Positions 21,948 to 34,125 of a stretch of DNA of 40,373 nt are shown here, in pieces (the first letter of the stretch is position 1; every line of letters begins with the position of its first letter). The stretch is from Octopus bimaculoides. Lineage: Eukaryota. The notes below the pieces were generated by a model, which made no database searches, was not told the DNA's origin, and saw only the letters and a list, made by a program, of their open reading frames with translations. Both the position numbers and the translations under genes were made by a program. The stretch covers positions 57,600,294 through 57,640,666 of the forward strand of contig NC_068983.1 of assembly GCF_001194135.2 (NCBI RefSeq). Direction: 5' to 3'.

Positions 21948-22796
21948 CAGGGTATTCGGGCTAAATTTGACAGCTCGCATTTAAAGAAAAGAGAACAATA
22001 TCCCATCCAAAATCAAAAGTATTTTTAAAAATCAAAAAAACTGAACTAGATTATGGCTGGGAGATAATAGTTTACTCAAAACAGCTGCGCTCAGTTTTAA
22101 TCGAAGCCTCAAAACGAGTCTGGAACTGGGTGCATGCTTTCCTCACTGTGTCCCTAGAAAGATTTTCGAATACCTCCCTGATCTTGGCCAGCAGCTCGGT
22201 CTTCGTGTTGCAGGTGGTGCTGTTGGTGTCTTTTACAACCTTGCCCCACACATAAGTAATCCATGGGATTACAATAGAATGAATTACGAGGTCGGAAATT
22301 GGGACTGGTGAAGTCGAATGTCTATTACTTCCACTTTTGGCACTTTAGGGACGTATGGCAAGGAGTCGAATCCTGCCTTCCAGCAGCAACCCTCTCCAGT
22401 CAGGGTTTGACCAGAATTGCCAGCAGCTTCACAGAACCATCTAAATTGAATCTAAGACCCTGTTCAAAGATATGAGGCGATATGACGTCACCTTCAGTGG
22501 AGACAACGCAAATACCATCACGTTTTAGAGGAACTTCTTACAGCCTTTACAGTATTGACAAAGTGTTGAGCAGCAACCATGATGTCAGCATTTCGATACC
22601 CCGCGCATCATTATGATACAGGTAACTTTTTTTTCCAATACTGAGATGCTTTCCACTCCTCCATGTCAGCTAACTTTTTCTCAACCACAACTTTAAACAT
22701 TATGCTCTCCACTGCCGTTGACTGAGCACCAATAAAAGAAGCTACTATAGAAAAACGGAGACATAAAAAAACGTCAGATTTAATCCGGACACCCTG
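21948..22796 (-). mobile_element. Internally deleted maT-like (DD37D-type) Tc1/mariner element with TIRs and TA TSDs
   Basis: TIRs cagggtattcgggctaaatttgac / gtcagatttaatccggacaccctg, with TA on both sides. The minus strand gives NADIMVAAQHFVNTVKAVR, VVSTEGDVISPHIFEQGLRFN, QDSTPCHTS and NPMDY..VWG..ELLAKI..VRKAC..F..RFEA..FE*. Confidence 0.85.
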
Positions 22797-22912
22797 TATG
22801 CATATACACACACGTCAGGACGTTACGTGACAGGTGCAGCGGCTTTCTTTATTGCATGTATGGAAATAGCCACTGCATTCGACAGTGTATTTAAATTATC
22901 CATTATTCTCCA

Positions 22913-23126
22913 TTCTTTTACTCTTTTACTCTTTTACTTGTTTCAGTCATTTGACTGCGGTCATGCTGGAGCACTACCTTTAGTCGAGCAAATCGACTCC
23001 AGGACTTATTCTTTGGATGCCTAGTACTTATTCTATCGGTCTTTTTTGCCGAACCGCTAAGTTACGGGGACATAAACACACCAGCATCGGTTGTCAAGCG
23101 ATGTTGGGGTGACAAACACAGACACA

Positions 23127-23174
<48 letters not shown>

Positions 23175-23354
23175 TATATATACACACATATGACAGGCTT
23201 CTTTCAGTTTCCGTCTACCAAATCCACTCACAAGGCTTTGGTCGGCCCGAAGCTATAGTAGAAGACACTTGCCCAAGGTGCCACGCAGTGGGACTGAACC
23301 CGGAACCATGTGGTTGGTAAGCAAGCTACTTACCACACAGCCACTCCTGCGCCT
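22913..23354 (-). mobile_element. SINE family A, near-intact copy with internal (CA)n
   Basis: The minus strand runs from ggcgcaggagtggctgtgtggtaagtagcttgc to gaaacaagtaaaagagtaaaagag. Confidence 0.92.
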
Positions 23355-23897
23355 CTATTGCTGACAAATTCCATGTATTGGTGGTATATATATGGTTCTA
23401 TTTATTTACTTATTCACATTTCAAAGTCCGTTATTATTGTTGATGCTCTCATTGTTATTTTATCTATCATTGTTGCTGAGATTGTGTCTAGCAAGCAGTT
23501 TATCAGAATTCTAAAATTAAACTTGAAATAGAAGTAACTTTAAAATCTATGCAGATGCAGATATAGCCCTTTGCTGCCCCGTTTGTCCTCAGCATCTATA
23601 TCTTTACCTTCGCCTCCGGAGTAGGGGTTTCCACTCTGAGAAGCACTCCTCTATTTCATGTCTTCCCCCTTCTTCCTTTCTCTATCTCTATCTCGCTCTC
23701 TCTCACCCTACTTTTTTTCTCATCACCGAAATAATGAATCTCTTATTCTGTCTAGCAAAAAAAAATTTCTCTAGAAATACTGGCGGAGGAAATCTATCTA
23801 ACAATCTGCTTGTAGCTCAGCCATTCTCTTTATAAATACATACATATCATGCATACATACATATTACGCGCGCACACACACACCTTCACACACACAC

Positions 23898-23961
<64 letters not shown>

Positions 23962-24629
23962 NNNNNNNNNNNNNNNNNNNNNNNNNNNNNNNNNNNNNNN
24001 NNNNNNNNNNNNNNNNNNNNNNNNNNNNNNNNNNNNNNNNNNNNNNNNNNNNNNNNNNNNNNNNNNNNNNNNNNNNNNNNNNNNNNNNNNNNNNNNNNNN
24101 NNNNNNNNNNNNNNNNNNNNNNNNNNNNNNNNNNNNNNNNNNNNNNNNNNNNNNNNNNNNNNNNNNNNNNNNNNNNNNNNNNNNNNNNNNNNNNNNNNNN
24201 NNNNNNNNNNNNNNNNNNNNNNNNNNNNNNNNNNNNNNNNNNNNNNNNNNNNNNNNNNNNNNNNNNNNNNNNNNNNNNNNNNNNNNNNNNNNNNNNNNNN
24301 NNNNNNNNNNNNNNNNNNNNNNNNNNNNNNNNNNNNNNNNNNNNNNNNNNNNNNNNNNNNNNNNNNNNNNNNNNNNNNNNNNNNNNNNNNNNNNNNNNNN
24401 NNNNNNNNNNNNNNNNNNNNNNNNNNNNNNNNNNNNNNNNNNNNNNNNNNNNNNNNNNNNNNNNNNNNNNNNNNNNNNNNNNNNNNNNNNNNNNNNNNNN
24501 NNNNNNNNNNNNNNNNNNNNNNNNNNNNNNNNNNNNNNNNNNNNNNNNNNNNNNNNNNNNNNNNNNNNNNNNNNNNNNNNNNNNNNNNNNNNNNNNNNNN
24601 NNNNNNNNNNNNNNNNNNNNNNNNNNNNN

Positions 24630-24670
<41 letters not shown>

Positions 24671-24844
24671 TAGATAGATATACATACATATATGTATGTA
24701 TGTATGTATGTATGTTTCACACACACATACATACCTACATACAAACATACATATATATATATACACACAAACACACACACATATATATACACATACATAC
24801 ATATGTGTGCAAATTAACAATCTGTGTATACTTAAAGTAGATAT

Positions 24845-25135
24845 AGGTGTAAGCGTAAGAAATTTGCTTCCCATTCACATGGTCCCGGTTTCAGTCCCAA
24901 TGCGCGGCAACAATAATCTCGCACTAACCAAAGACTTCTCGGTAGATTTGGTAGACAGATATTGAATGAAGTCTATCGCATATATACATATATATATATA
25001 TATATATACATCATGCGTGCGTGTTTGTGTTTGTCCCCCACCCCCCACAACCGCTTGATAACAGTTGGTTAGTTTACGTCCCCGAAACTTAGGTATACGA
25101 CAAAAATGGCCAGTTGAATAAGTACCAGATTTAAC
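24845..25135 (+). mobile_element. SINE family A, degenerate partial copy
   Basis: ggtttcagtccca...gatttggtagacaga...gtgtttgtcccc...aataagtacc. Confidence 0.75.
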
Positions 25136-25239
25136 TGTATTTATACATACATACGTAAACACACATACAGAAACACACACACAAACACACATATGTAGGT
25201 ATGTATGTGTACACCACCCCCATATATATATATATATAT

Positions 25240-25400
25240 TTTTTCTCCGTGTTTTTCTCCTTGTCTCCGTATTCTTTCTGTTGAAGAGCGTAGCTCGAAA
25301 CGTCAAAGACTTTCCGTATTCCCGAGCGTCATACTAATATATACTTTTGTTATTTACACCACCTGTCCTCGTCTGTTGTTATTTTTTGTATATTCTCCCA
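25240..25400 (+). mobile_element. Short Penelope-like terminal element between (TA)n tracts
   Basis: Pyrimidine-rich segment containing the hammerhead-like core at 25273-25309, flanked by (TA)n. Confidence 0.55.
25273..25309 (+). ncRNA. Minimal type-I hammerhead ribozyme-like motif
   Basis: tcttt-ctgttga-a-gagc-gta-gctc-gaaac-gtc-aaaga. Helices I and II are fully paired, with a palindromic ACGT helix III and a GUC site. The core has U instead of A6. Confidence 0.65.
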
Positions 25401-25431
25401 TATATATATATATACATACATACATGCGTTG

Positions 25432-25697
25432 TGGCTGATGATGGTGATAATGTGATGATGATAATGATAAAGGCGATGATGAGGATGCTGGTAATGTTCA
25501 TGTAAATGTTGCTGATAATATTATAGATGAAAATAATGAAGAAATAGATTTTAGCGAGGACCATGACCATGATGATGATGATGATGAGGAGGAGGAGGAG
25601 GATGACAAGGATGATATGTGTAATAATGATAATGATATTAATGATTATTATTATTATTACTATTAGATTGATGATGATGATGCTGATGCTGATGAAG
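25432..25697. repeat. Degenerate (GAT)n/(TAA)n trinucleotide field
   Basis: Seen directly. Confidence 0.85.
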
Positions 25698-25900
25698 GGT
25701 TTTCTTCTGACTTACTGCCAATTCAGAAACTTCTCACCAAACCGATCAAACTAAGCTGAGACTTCACCCGCCGGCACCCCTTCCCATCACTACCACCACC
25801 NNNNNNNNNNNNNNNNNNNNNNNNNNNNNNNNNNNNNNNNNNNNNNNNNNNNNNNNNNNNNNNNNNNNNNNNNNNNNNNNNNNNNNNNNNNNNNNNNNNN

Positions 25901-25935
<35 letters not shown>

Positions 25936-26360
25936 AATACATACATACATGTATGTGTGTATATGTTTATATTTTATATATATATATGTATATATATACA
26001 TATATTATACAAACATACACATTATGTGCGTGTTCGGTAGGTGGGTAGAGGACTATGTCTGTCTTCAGCTGCCCTTCTTTTCACAATAGTACCATCACCA
26101 CCACCACCATTGCTATGAGTATCAATGTAAATTAACTCCTTGAGATTTATTACAAGGAATTATTAAATTCCTTCAAGGCCCTGAACAATGTCCTCACTGT
26201 GTTATGTTTCCTACAAACCCATTGTCACAACAACCGGAAGAACTTTTATTGGAATACTTTCAAGAAATACAGCAAAGATCTTTAATCAATCTATTGGCAT
26301 CCATTTTACTGGTTTCATTGTTTCTCTTGCACATACAAACACACACGCACCTACACAAAT

Positions 26361-26975
26361 GGCAGTGGTGGTGATGGTCACGAAGATGATGATGATGGTA
26401 GTAGTGGTGGTGGTGGTGGTGACATCGGCAGTGATGATAGTGATGATGACAATTTTGAAGATGATGATGATGAATGATGATCGCGATGAGGATGAGGATG
26501 GTAATAGTGGTGGTGGTGGTCTTGGTGATGATGAGGATGATGATGACGAAGACAACGATGATGATAATGATGATGATGATGATGAGGATGATGGTGATGA
26601 TGACGACGATATTAATTAAGATGGAGATGATGATGATGATGACGACGATGAGAACGACGATAATGATGATGATGATGAGGATGATGGTGATGATGATATC
26701 AATTGCAATGGAAATGATGATGATGATGATGATGAGGATGATGATGATGAGGATGATGATGATGATGTTAATTGTGGTGGAGGTGATGATGATGATGATG
26801 ATGATGATCCTGGTGATGGTGGTGGTGCTAACAGTGGTGGTGGTGGTGATTATGATTATGAGGATGCTAGAAATGTTGAAGATGGTGATGATGATAATGG
26901 TGATGTGGATAACAGTGACGATGATAATGGTGGTGGTGGTGGTGGCGATGGTGATGATGACGATGATAATGGATG
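26361..26975. repeat. Compound (GAT)n/(GGT)n trinucleotide field
   Basis: Seen directly. Confidence 0.9.
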
Positions 26976-27590
26976 TCTAATAGAGGCTACGTTTGGTGTT
27001 AAATGATTCTAATCNNNNNNNNNNNNNNNNNNNNNNNNNNNNNNNNNNNNNNNNNNNNNNNNNNNNNNNNNNNNNNNNNNNNNNNNNNNNNNNNNNNNNN
27101 NNNNNNNNNNNNNNNNNNNNNNNNNNNNNNNNNNNNNNNNNNNNNNNNNNNNNNNNNNNNNNNNNNNNNNNNNNNNNNNNNNNNNNNNNNNNNNNNNNNN
27201 NNNNNNNNNNNNNNNNNNNNNNNNNNNNNNNNNNNNNNNNNNNNNNNNNNNNNNNNNNNNNNNNNNNNNNNNNNNNNNNNNNNNNNNNNNNNNNNNNNNN
27301 NNNNNNNNNNNNNNNNNNNNNNNNNNNNNNNNNNNNNNNNNNNNNNNNNNNNNNNNNNNNNNNNNNNNNNNNNNNNNNNNNNNNNNNNNNNNNNNNNNNN
27401 NNNNNNNNNNNNNNNNNNNNNNNNNNNNNNNNNNNNNNNNNNNNNNNNNNNNNNNNNNNNNNNNNNNNNNNNNNNNNNNNNNNNNNNNNNNNNNNNNNNN
27501 NNNNNNNNNNNNNNNNNNNNNNNNNNNNNNNNNNNNNNNNNNNNNNNNNNNNNNNNNNNNNNNNNNNNNNNNNNNNNNNNNNNNNNNNNN

Positions 27591-27885
27591 AAGAAATGGA
27601 AAAACTTTCAAAATACAAAGACCTGGAAATAGAGATAAATCGAATGTGGAATCTAAAAACAGAAACAATTCCTATTATAGTAGGTGCCTTAGGTATAATA
27701 AAAAAATATTCAGACAAATACATAACAAAAACACCAGGACTTACAAATATATATAACATACAGAAAATTGCACTACTGTGTACTGCACACATTCTACGCA
27801 AAACACTTTCAATACAGTAAACATAAGAGCACCACAGCAAACCACAGCACATACCCAAGGCGCACAGTGCTGCGCTGGATGGTAC
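27591..27885 (+). mobile_element. R4/Dong-like RLE retrotransposon C-terminus and partial 3' UTR
   Basis: Intact frame EMEKLSKYKDLEIEINRMWNLKTETIPIIVGALG...IQKIALLCTAHILRKTLSIQ*. The upstream part is hidden in a gap. Confidence 0.9.
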
Positions 27886-28057
27886 ATGTCGGGGTGTTGC
27901 ATTGTGGGAGAATTGAATCTATAGCTTTTGGACAGCGCAACCAAAGCGATTAGACATATTTTCTCCCTGCTGCGATTCTAAGTGATATAATAGTCAAACA
28001 TTACCATCTCGTATGTATATGAATACAAACGCACAGACACTGCCTTTATCTCTCTCG

Positions 28058-28375
28058 TCATCATCATCATCATCATCATTAGACGTCCGCTTTCCATGCT
28101 AGCATGGGTTGGACCATTGACTGAGGACTGGTGAACCAGATGGCTACACCAGGCTCCAATCTGATCTGGCAGAGTTTCTACATCTGGATGCCCTTCTTAA
28201 CGCCAACCACTCCGAGAGTGTAGTATGTGCTTTTACGTGCCACTGGCACGAAGGCCAGTCAGGCGGTACTGGCAATGGCCACGCTCAAACTGGTGTATTT
28301 TACATGCCACCTGCACAGGAGCCAGTCCAGTGGCACTGGTAACGACCTCGCTCGAATGTCTTTACACGTGTTTAC
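28058..28375 (-). mobile_element. RTE-type 3' end element with a (GAT)n tail
   Basis: The minus strand ends gcatggaaagcggacgtc..tgatgatgatg. Homologous to 30606-30764 and to the subrepeats at 33388-33590. Confidence 0.75.
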
Positions 28376-28549
28376 ACGTGCCCTCTATACAAATACTGTA
28401 ATTTGCATGCAGTGTAAAGATTAAAACGACTTACTGCCATATTTGGAAATTCTTATCATCTGTTTATTCTTGTATTTGGAGAATGTCTGCCTTCTACATT
28501 TCAGATTTTTTTGTTTTTTTTTCTTAAGAAAATATTTCCTAAAAGTGCT

Positions 28550-28645
28550 TTGCTCAGGAATACAACATGTCACCTGATCCAGAAATCGAAACCACAACCT
28601 TTTGATCATAAGTCCAACTCCTTAACCATTTATCCACATGCCTCC
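28550..28645 (-). mobile_element. SINE tRNA-like head fragment
   Basis: Minus strand ggcatgtggataaatggttaagg...ggtttcgatttc...ttcctgagcaaagcact. Confidence 0.6.
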
Positions 28646-29038
28646 ACTAGTGCATGAAGGGTCAATAAACAGAAAGGCTGCCCTAAATGGTACACATTCT
28701 AGTTACATAACTAGCAACATGTTTGTAAGTATATTTCTCATAAAGATATGAAGATAATTCAGGTCCCAATAATCTCACAATTTATAGATTTAAGTAGTGA
28801 TCTGAGATAGCCGATGCACAATTCGCAGGAATTATATCTATTTTAAATTGCTTCGTTAAGATGTTATCTTTAAGAGTGTCATTAATAATCTAATTTCTCC
28901 ATGCTGCCTATGCAAAGCATATTAAAGAACCATAATTATTAATCATTATATCCAAGAACTAAATTAAATTTTCATTAATAATAAAAGTTAATGAGATGAA
29001 TATTTTAGTCAATTGTGGAGAAGGATTTAACTGGAAAT

Positions 29039-29433
29039 AGGTGCTGGCAGTGTGGTTGCGGAGTTTGCTTTGCAACCAAGAGTTCCAGGTTCAGTCCCAC
29101 TGCATGGCACCTTAGGCAAGTGTCTTCTACTGTAGCCTCGGGTCAACCAAAGCCTTGTGAGTGGATTTGGTAGACAGAAACTGAAAGAACCCTGTCGTAT
29201 ATATGTATAAGTATATATATATGTGTGTGTGTGTTTGTGTGTGTGTTTGTCTCCCTAACATGGTTTGACAACCGAGTCTGGTGCATTTACATCCCCGTAA
29301 CTAAGTGGTTCGGCAAAAGAGACTGACAGAATAAGTACTAGGCTTACAAAGAATAAGTCCTGATGTCGATTTGATCGACTAAAGGTGGTGCTCCAGCATG
29401 GCCGCAGTCAAATGACTTAAACAAGTAAAAGAG
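29039..29433 (+). mobile_element. SINE family A, full length
   Basis: Complete head, internal microsatellite and tail. Confidence 0.92.
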
Positions 29434-29436
29434 TTA

Positions 29437-29760
29437 TATATTAACTTCAGGATACTGTGAGACCTTCAGTAGTTTAAGGCATTCAATAATCCACGAGTGT
29501 GGGACCCTGTCATATGTTTTCCTGTAGTCCACCCATGCCATCACCAAATATTTGTGTCTCTTCTTGCAATCAGCCAGGATAGTCTTATCGATTAGTAATT
29601 GATCCTTCGTTCCTCTGTTCTTACATCTACACCCTTTTTGTTCCACTAGTCATAGCTCGTTCTCATCTAGCTACTTTAGTTTATGTGCTTTAGCTTTCAA
29701 TCTCTGTTTTAATTCCTTAATCACAACATTGTTTCCATTTTCTGTGCACCCTATACTTCC
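29437..29760 (-). pseudogene. R4/Dong-like retrotransposon RT fragment
   Basis: [56 protein letters not shown], preceded by VIKELKQRLKAKAHKLK. Confidence 0.9.
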
Positions 29761-29919
29761 TCTCTAGCTCAACATATTTCTCTCACAGAACTTCATTCCT
29801 TTTTTTTTCCATTCCAGAATATTAATATGCTTTCTGGTCTCGTTAATAGACTGCGTTATTCTTCTTTTCCACCATGGTTCCTTCAGGTTACGTTGACATT
29901 TAACTTCCGGGCTATAAAG

Positions 29920-29961
29920 ATCATCATCTTCATCATTATCATCATGTTCATCATCGTCATC

Positions 29962-29993
<32 letters not shown>

Positions 29994-30033
29994 TAATAAT
30001 AATAATAATAATGATAATAATAATAATAATAAT
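29920..30033. repeat. (CAT)n/(TAA)n microsatellite
   Basis: Seen directly. Confidence 0.9.
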
Positions 30034-30422
30034 CTTATATTTAACATTACTTATATAGGCACCAATTCTGGAATTTGGAAGCTGGATTTAGACATTTAAT
30101 TGATCTCAGTTCTTGAATGATTCTTTATTCTATTGTAGCCAGAAGGAAGAAGGGCAAAGTTAACACCTCCAGTATTTGGTCTCAAAATAGAAATAACCAG
30201 AAAAAAATCCTGCAAGAGATTTTGACCAATACTCCAAAGGTTTGCCATATCAACAGACTAATGATAATATTCGTATTAGAATAAACAGCAGCTGTGCCAA
30301 AAACAGAAGAAAAAGGAAAATTGTTTGTGACGTGAAGATTTAAGTTTCAGCTTTTGCCTAAAGCTTTATTGCGAAAAGACATACACATACAGAGAGAAGT
30401 ACAAATGCACACACATGGATGC

Positions 30423-30464
<42 letters not shown>

Positions 30465-30579
30465 ACACACACACACACAGACATACATACACATATACTT
30501 GCAGATACACAGACACACACACATACACACACACGTTTATTACACCACACACACATACACATATATATATGTGAGTATG

Positions 30580-30605
<26 letters not shown>

Positions 30606-30611
<6 letters not shown>

Positions 30612-30764
30612 CATCATCATCATCATCGTTTAACGTCCGCTTTCCATGCTAGCATGGGTTGGACGATTTGACTGAGGACTGGTGAAACTGGATGGCAACA
30701 CCAGGCTCCAGTCTAATTTGGCAAAGTTTCTACAGCTGGATGCCCTTCCTAACGCCAACCACTC
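30606..30764 (-). mobile_element. RTE-type 3' end element with a (GAT)n tail, cut by a gap
   Basis: Highly similar to 28058-28210. Confidence 0.8.
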
Positions 30765-31914
30765 NNNNNNNNNNNNNNNNNNNNNNNNNNNNNNNNNNNN
30801 NNNNNNNNNNNNNNNNNNNNNNNNNNNNNNNNNNNNNNNNNNNNNNNNNNNNNNNNNNNNNNNNNNNNNNNNNNNNNNNNNNNNNNNNNNNNNNNNNNNN
30901 NNNNNNNNNNNNNNNNNNNNNNNNNNNNNNNNNNNNNNNNNNNNNNNNNNNNNNNNNNNNNNNNNNNNNNNNNNNNNNNNNNNNNNNNNNNNNNNNNNNN
31001 NNNNNNNNNNNNNNNNNNNNNNNNNNNNNNNNNNNNNNNNNNNNNNNNNNNNNNNNNNNNNNNNNNNNNNNNNNNNNNNNNNNNNNNNNNNNNNNNNNNN
31101 NNNNNNNNNNNNNNNNNNNNNNNNNNNNNNNNNNNNNNNNNNNNNNNNNNNNNNNNNNNNNNNNNNNNNNNNNNNNNNNNNNNNNNNNNNNNNNNNNNNN
31201 NNNNNNNNNNNNNNNNNNNNNNNNNNNNNNNNNNNNNNNNNNNNNNNNNNNNNNNNNNNNNNNNNNNNNNNNNNNNNNNNNNNNNNNNNNNNNNNNNNNN
31301 NNNNNNNNNNNNNNNNNNNNNNNNNNNNNNNNNNNNNNNNNNNNNNNNNNNNNNNNNNNNNNNNNNNNNNNNNNNNNNNNNNNNNNNNNNNNNNNNNNNN
31401 NNNNNNNNNNNNNNNNNNNNNNNNNNNNNNNNNNNNNNNNNNNNNNNNNNNNNNNNNNNNNNNNNNNNNNNNNNNNNNNNNNNNNNNNNNNNNNNNNNNN
31501 NNNNNNNNNNNNNNNNNNNNNNNNNNNNNNNNNNNNNNNNNNNNNNNNNNNNNNNNNNNNNNNNNNNNNNNNNNNNNNNNNNNNNNNNNNNNNNNNNNNN
31601 NNNNNNNNNNNNNNNNNNNNNNNNNNNNNNNNNNNNNNNNNNNNNNNNNNNNNNNNNNNGGCGGATGGAAAACAAGACAGGAAAACGAAACGGTGAAATA
31701 AACAAACAAAAAGGCTGTACAGCCAGACGTGAAGTGTGTATGTCTTGAACGCTGTGAAGCACGTACAGGAGGGGCAAAGAAGTATGTGCGAGCTTGGTGA
31801 TTCCAAGAACGAAAAGAAATAGCAGCAGGACACACGTGACCAAGACTGTGTGAAGAGAAAGAGTAGCAGAGGGAAAAGGAGGGGAGGAAGTAGAATAAAA
31901 GTGAGCAACGAGAG

Positions 31915-31950
<36 letters not shown>

Positions 31951-32101
31951 TAGTAGTAACGGTGAGAGGCGAAGGACGAGTAACAAGAGATAGGGAGAGA
32001 GAGAAGTACCAACATACATACATATGTCTACACTTTTTGAAATAATGTATTTCCAGCCCTTCCTCTATTTTTCTTTCTCTTCCTCTCTTTCTGTCTCTTC
32101 A

Positions 32102-32139
<38 letters not shown>

Positions 32140-32645
32140 ATGCATATATATACACACACATATATTGTTCTTTTTCATATATCAAATTATATATAAAAGT
32201 AACATTAGGCTGTAAGATTACTCAATCCTGTTTTTTTTTTTTTGGTAGAGTTCAGATACATTATTTCAATTCTTACACTGAGAAGGTTGACAGGGACTTC
32301 GATATTTGGGGAAGTTGTAAATAATAGCTCAGAATAAATCAGAAAAATACAATCTATAATGATAAAAAAGAATGACAAATTGACCAATGAGAATTAAACT
32401 AAGTCATTGCTGCAGGATGGAGAGTCATGGTACTCTCTTATATGAGCAGACACAAGGTTTGAGTCCCTGCACTCCTCTATTTCTTATTTCTGTATAACTT
32501 CTGGAGGAGTTACCTCAGTCCTATATAATCTTAACAAAAAATGAAGTAGACTGACATGTAATTTTTGAACCTGCGGAAGGCGCGCTAGATGCCGAAATAT
32601 CATTCAACCAATTTCACATGATAACTATGGCACTCTTCTATTTTT

Positions 32646-32652
32646 TATTTCT

Positions 32653-32722
<70 letters not shown>
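32646..32722. repeat. (ATT)n microsatellite
   Basis: Seen directly. Confidence 0.95.
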
Positions 32723-32724
<2 letters not shown>

Positions 32725-33384
32725 TGTTGTTGCTTTTGTTATTCAAATGTAGGTTTTCCTCACTCATACCAGTTAAAAAATAATTCTTTGAGCTAGGAAG
32801 TATATACTTTTGTAACATACATTTACCATATTTTGCTCTTTGCTTTTTCTTCAGTTGATTCATATCCAACATTCTCTCTTACATCCTACTCTCATAAACG
32901 ATAAACTGAGATACTTTTTTTGTTGCTGTTGACTTTGTTATTAAACGTTATGCTTTTCCCACTTGTGCTTGTTAAAAGTCCAATCACTATCTTTACAAAT
33001 GTGTCTTTGTTCAGTTGTCAATTTTCTTTTCTGTAGTCTTTTCGGGTTAATTTTTTTCCTTTATGTTATGTTTTAATACAGACTTTATCCACGTGAAAGC
33101 CTGTCCAGCAATAGTGGTGTGAATATATGAGCAATATATACTAAAAAATACATGCTGATTAAAGCAGAACCCCAAAATCCCTGTGCAAAACAAAGCAATA
33201 TGCAAATTAGAAGAACTATCATTTGTAAAAATTAACAAACTACAAATACATTTGCTAAACAAGGCAAAGTCACCAAACACGGTTGGATACCAAGTCAGGA
33301 CAGAACTGAATTAGAGCAATATAACTCTCCAAAAAAGGCTCAAAGTATTTTTCTTATGATTGTTACTGATACACTTGTTTCTAT

Positions 33385-34125
33385 ACTTGTGCTTTTTATG
33401 TGCTACTGGCACAGGTGCCAGTCAGGTGGGCCTGGCAATGATCACATTTGGATATTGCTTTTTACATGCCACCGGCATAGGAACCAGTAAGGGTGTACGT
33501 GCATCGGTCATGATCGATTGGTGCTTTTTATGTGCCGCTGCCACACAGGCCAGTCAGGCAGACCGGGCATCGACCACGTTCAGATGGTACCTTTCTTTGC
33601 CAACAGCACAGGAGGCAGCTAGGGTTACCAGCCCCAGATATGATATTGGTTTTACTTGATTCAATCATATCATATGGACCGACACATCAGGAGTATTTTT
33701 AACAGGGCTGGACATGCATGGCTGACATCTCACTTTAGTTACCTGTTCTTCTCAATCACAGCATATCTCCAAAGGTCTCAGTCTCCTATAATTGCCTCTG
33801 TGAGGCCCAATGTTCGAAGGTTATGCTTCACCAGCTCATCCCATGTCTACCTGGGTCTACCTCTTCCACAGGTTCCTTCTACATTTAGGGAGTGGCACTT
33901 CCTTATGCAGCTGTCTTCATCGATACGTAACACATGACTATACCTGCGCAGTCATCTCTTGTACACTACTTTTGACGCTTCTTATGCCAAAATTTTCTCT
34001 CAGGGCACTTACACTCTGTGATGTATGTACACTCATATTACACATCCAGCAGATCATACTAGCTTCATTTCTTTCAAGCCTACGCATGTCCTCAGCATTC
34101 ATGGACCATGTTTCACTGCCATGTA
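33385..34125 (-). mobile_element. RTE-clade LINE 3' portion (ORF2 C-terminus plus 3' UTR)
   Basis: [37 protein letters not shown], then [44 protein letters not shown]. The UTR has about 65-bp subrepeats. Confidence 0.88.

Noticed and set aside
26361-26980. Poly-Asp/Met/Val ORFs
   Set aside because: This is a (GAT)n/(GGT)n microsatellite, open in several frames by composition, with no convincing splice context.
28646-28732. Possible small exon (ag|tgcatgaa...atgttt|gtaagt) with an open frame VHEGSINRKAALNG...
   Set aside because: The acceptor is weak and overlaps a SINE end, the peptide is not recognisable, and there are no partner exons.
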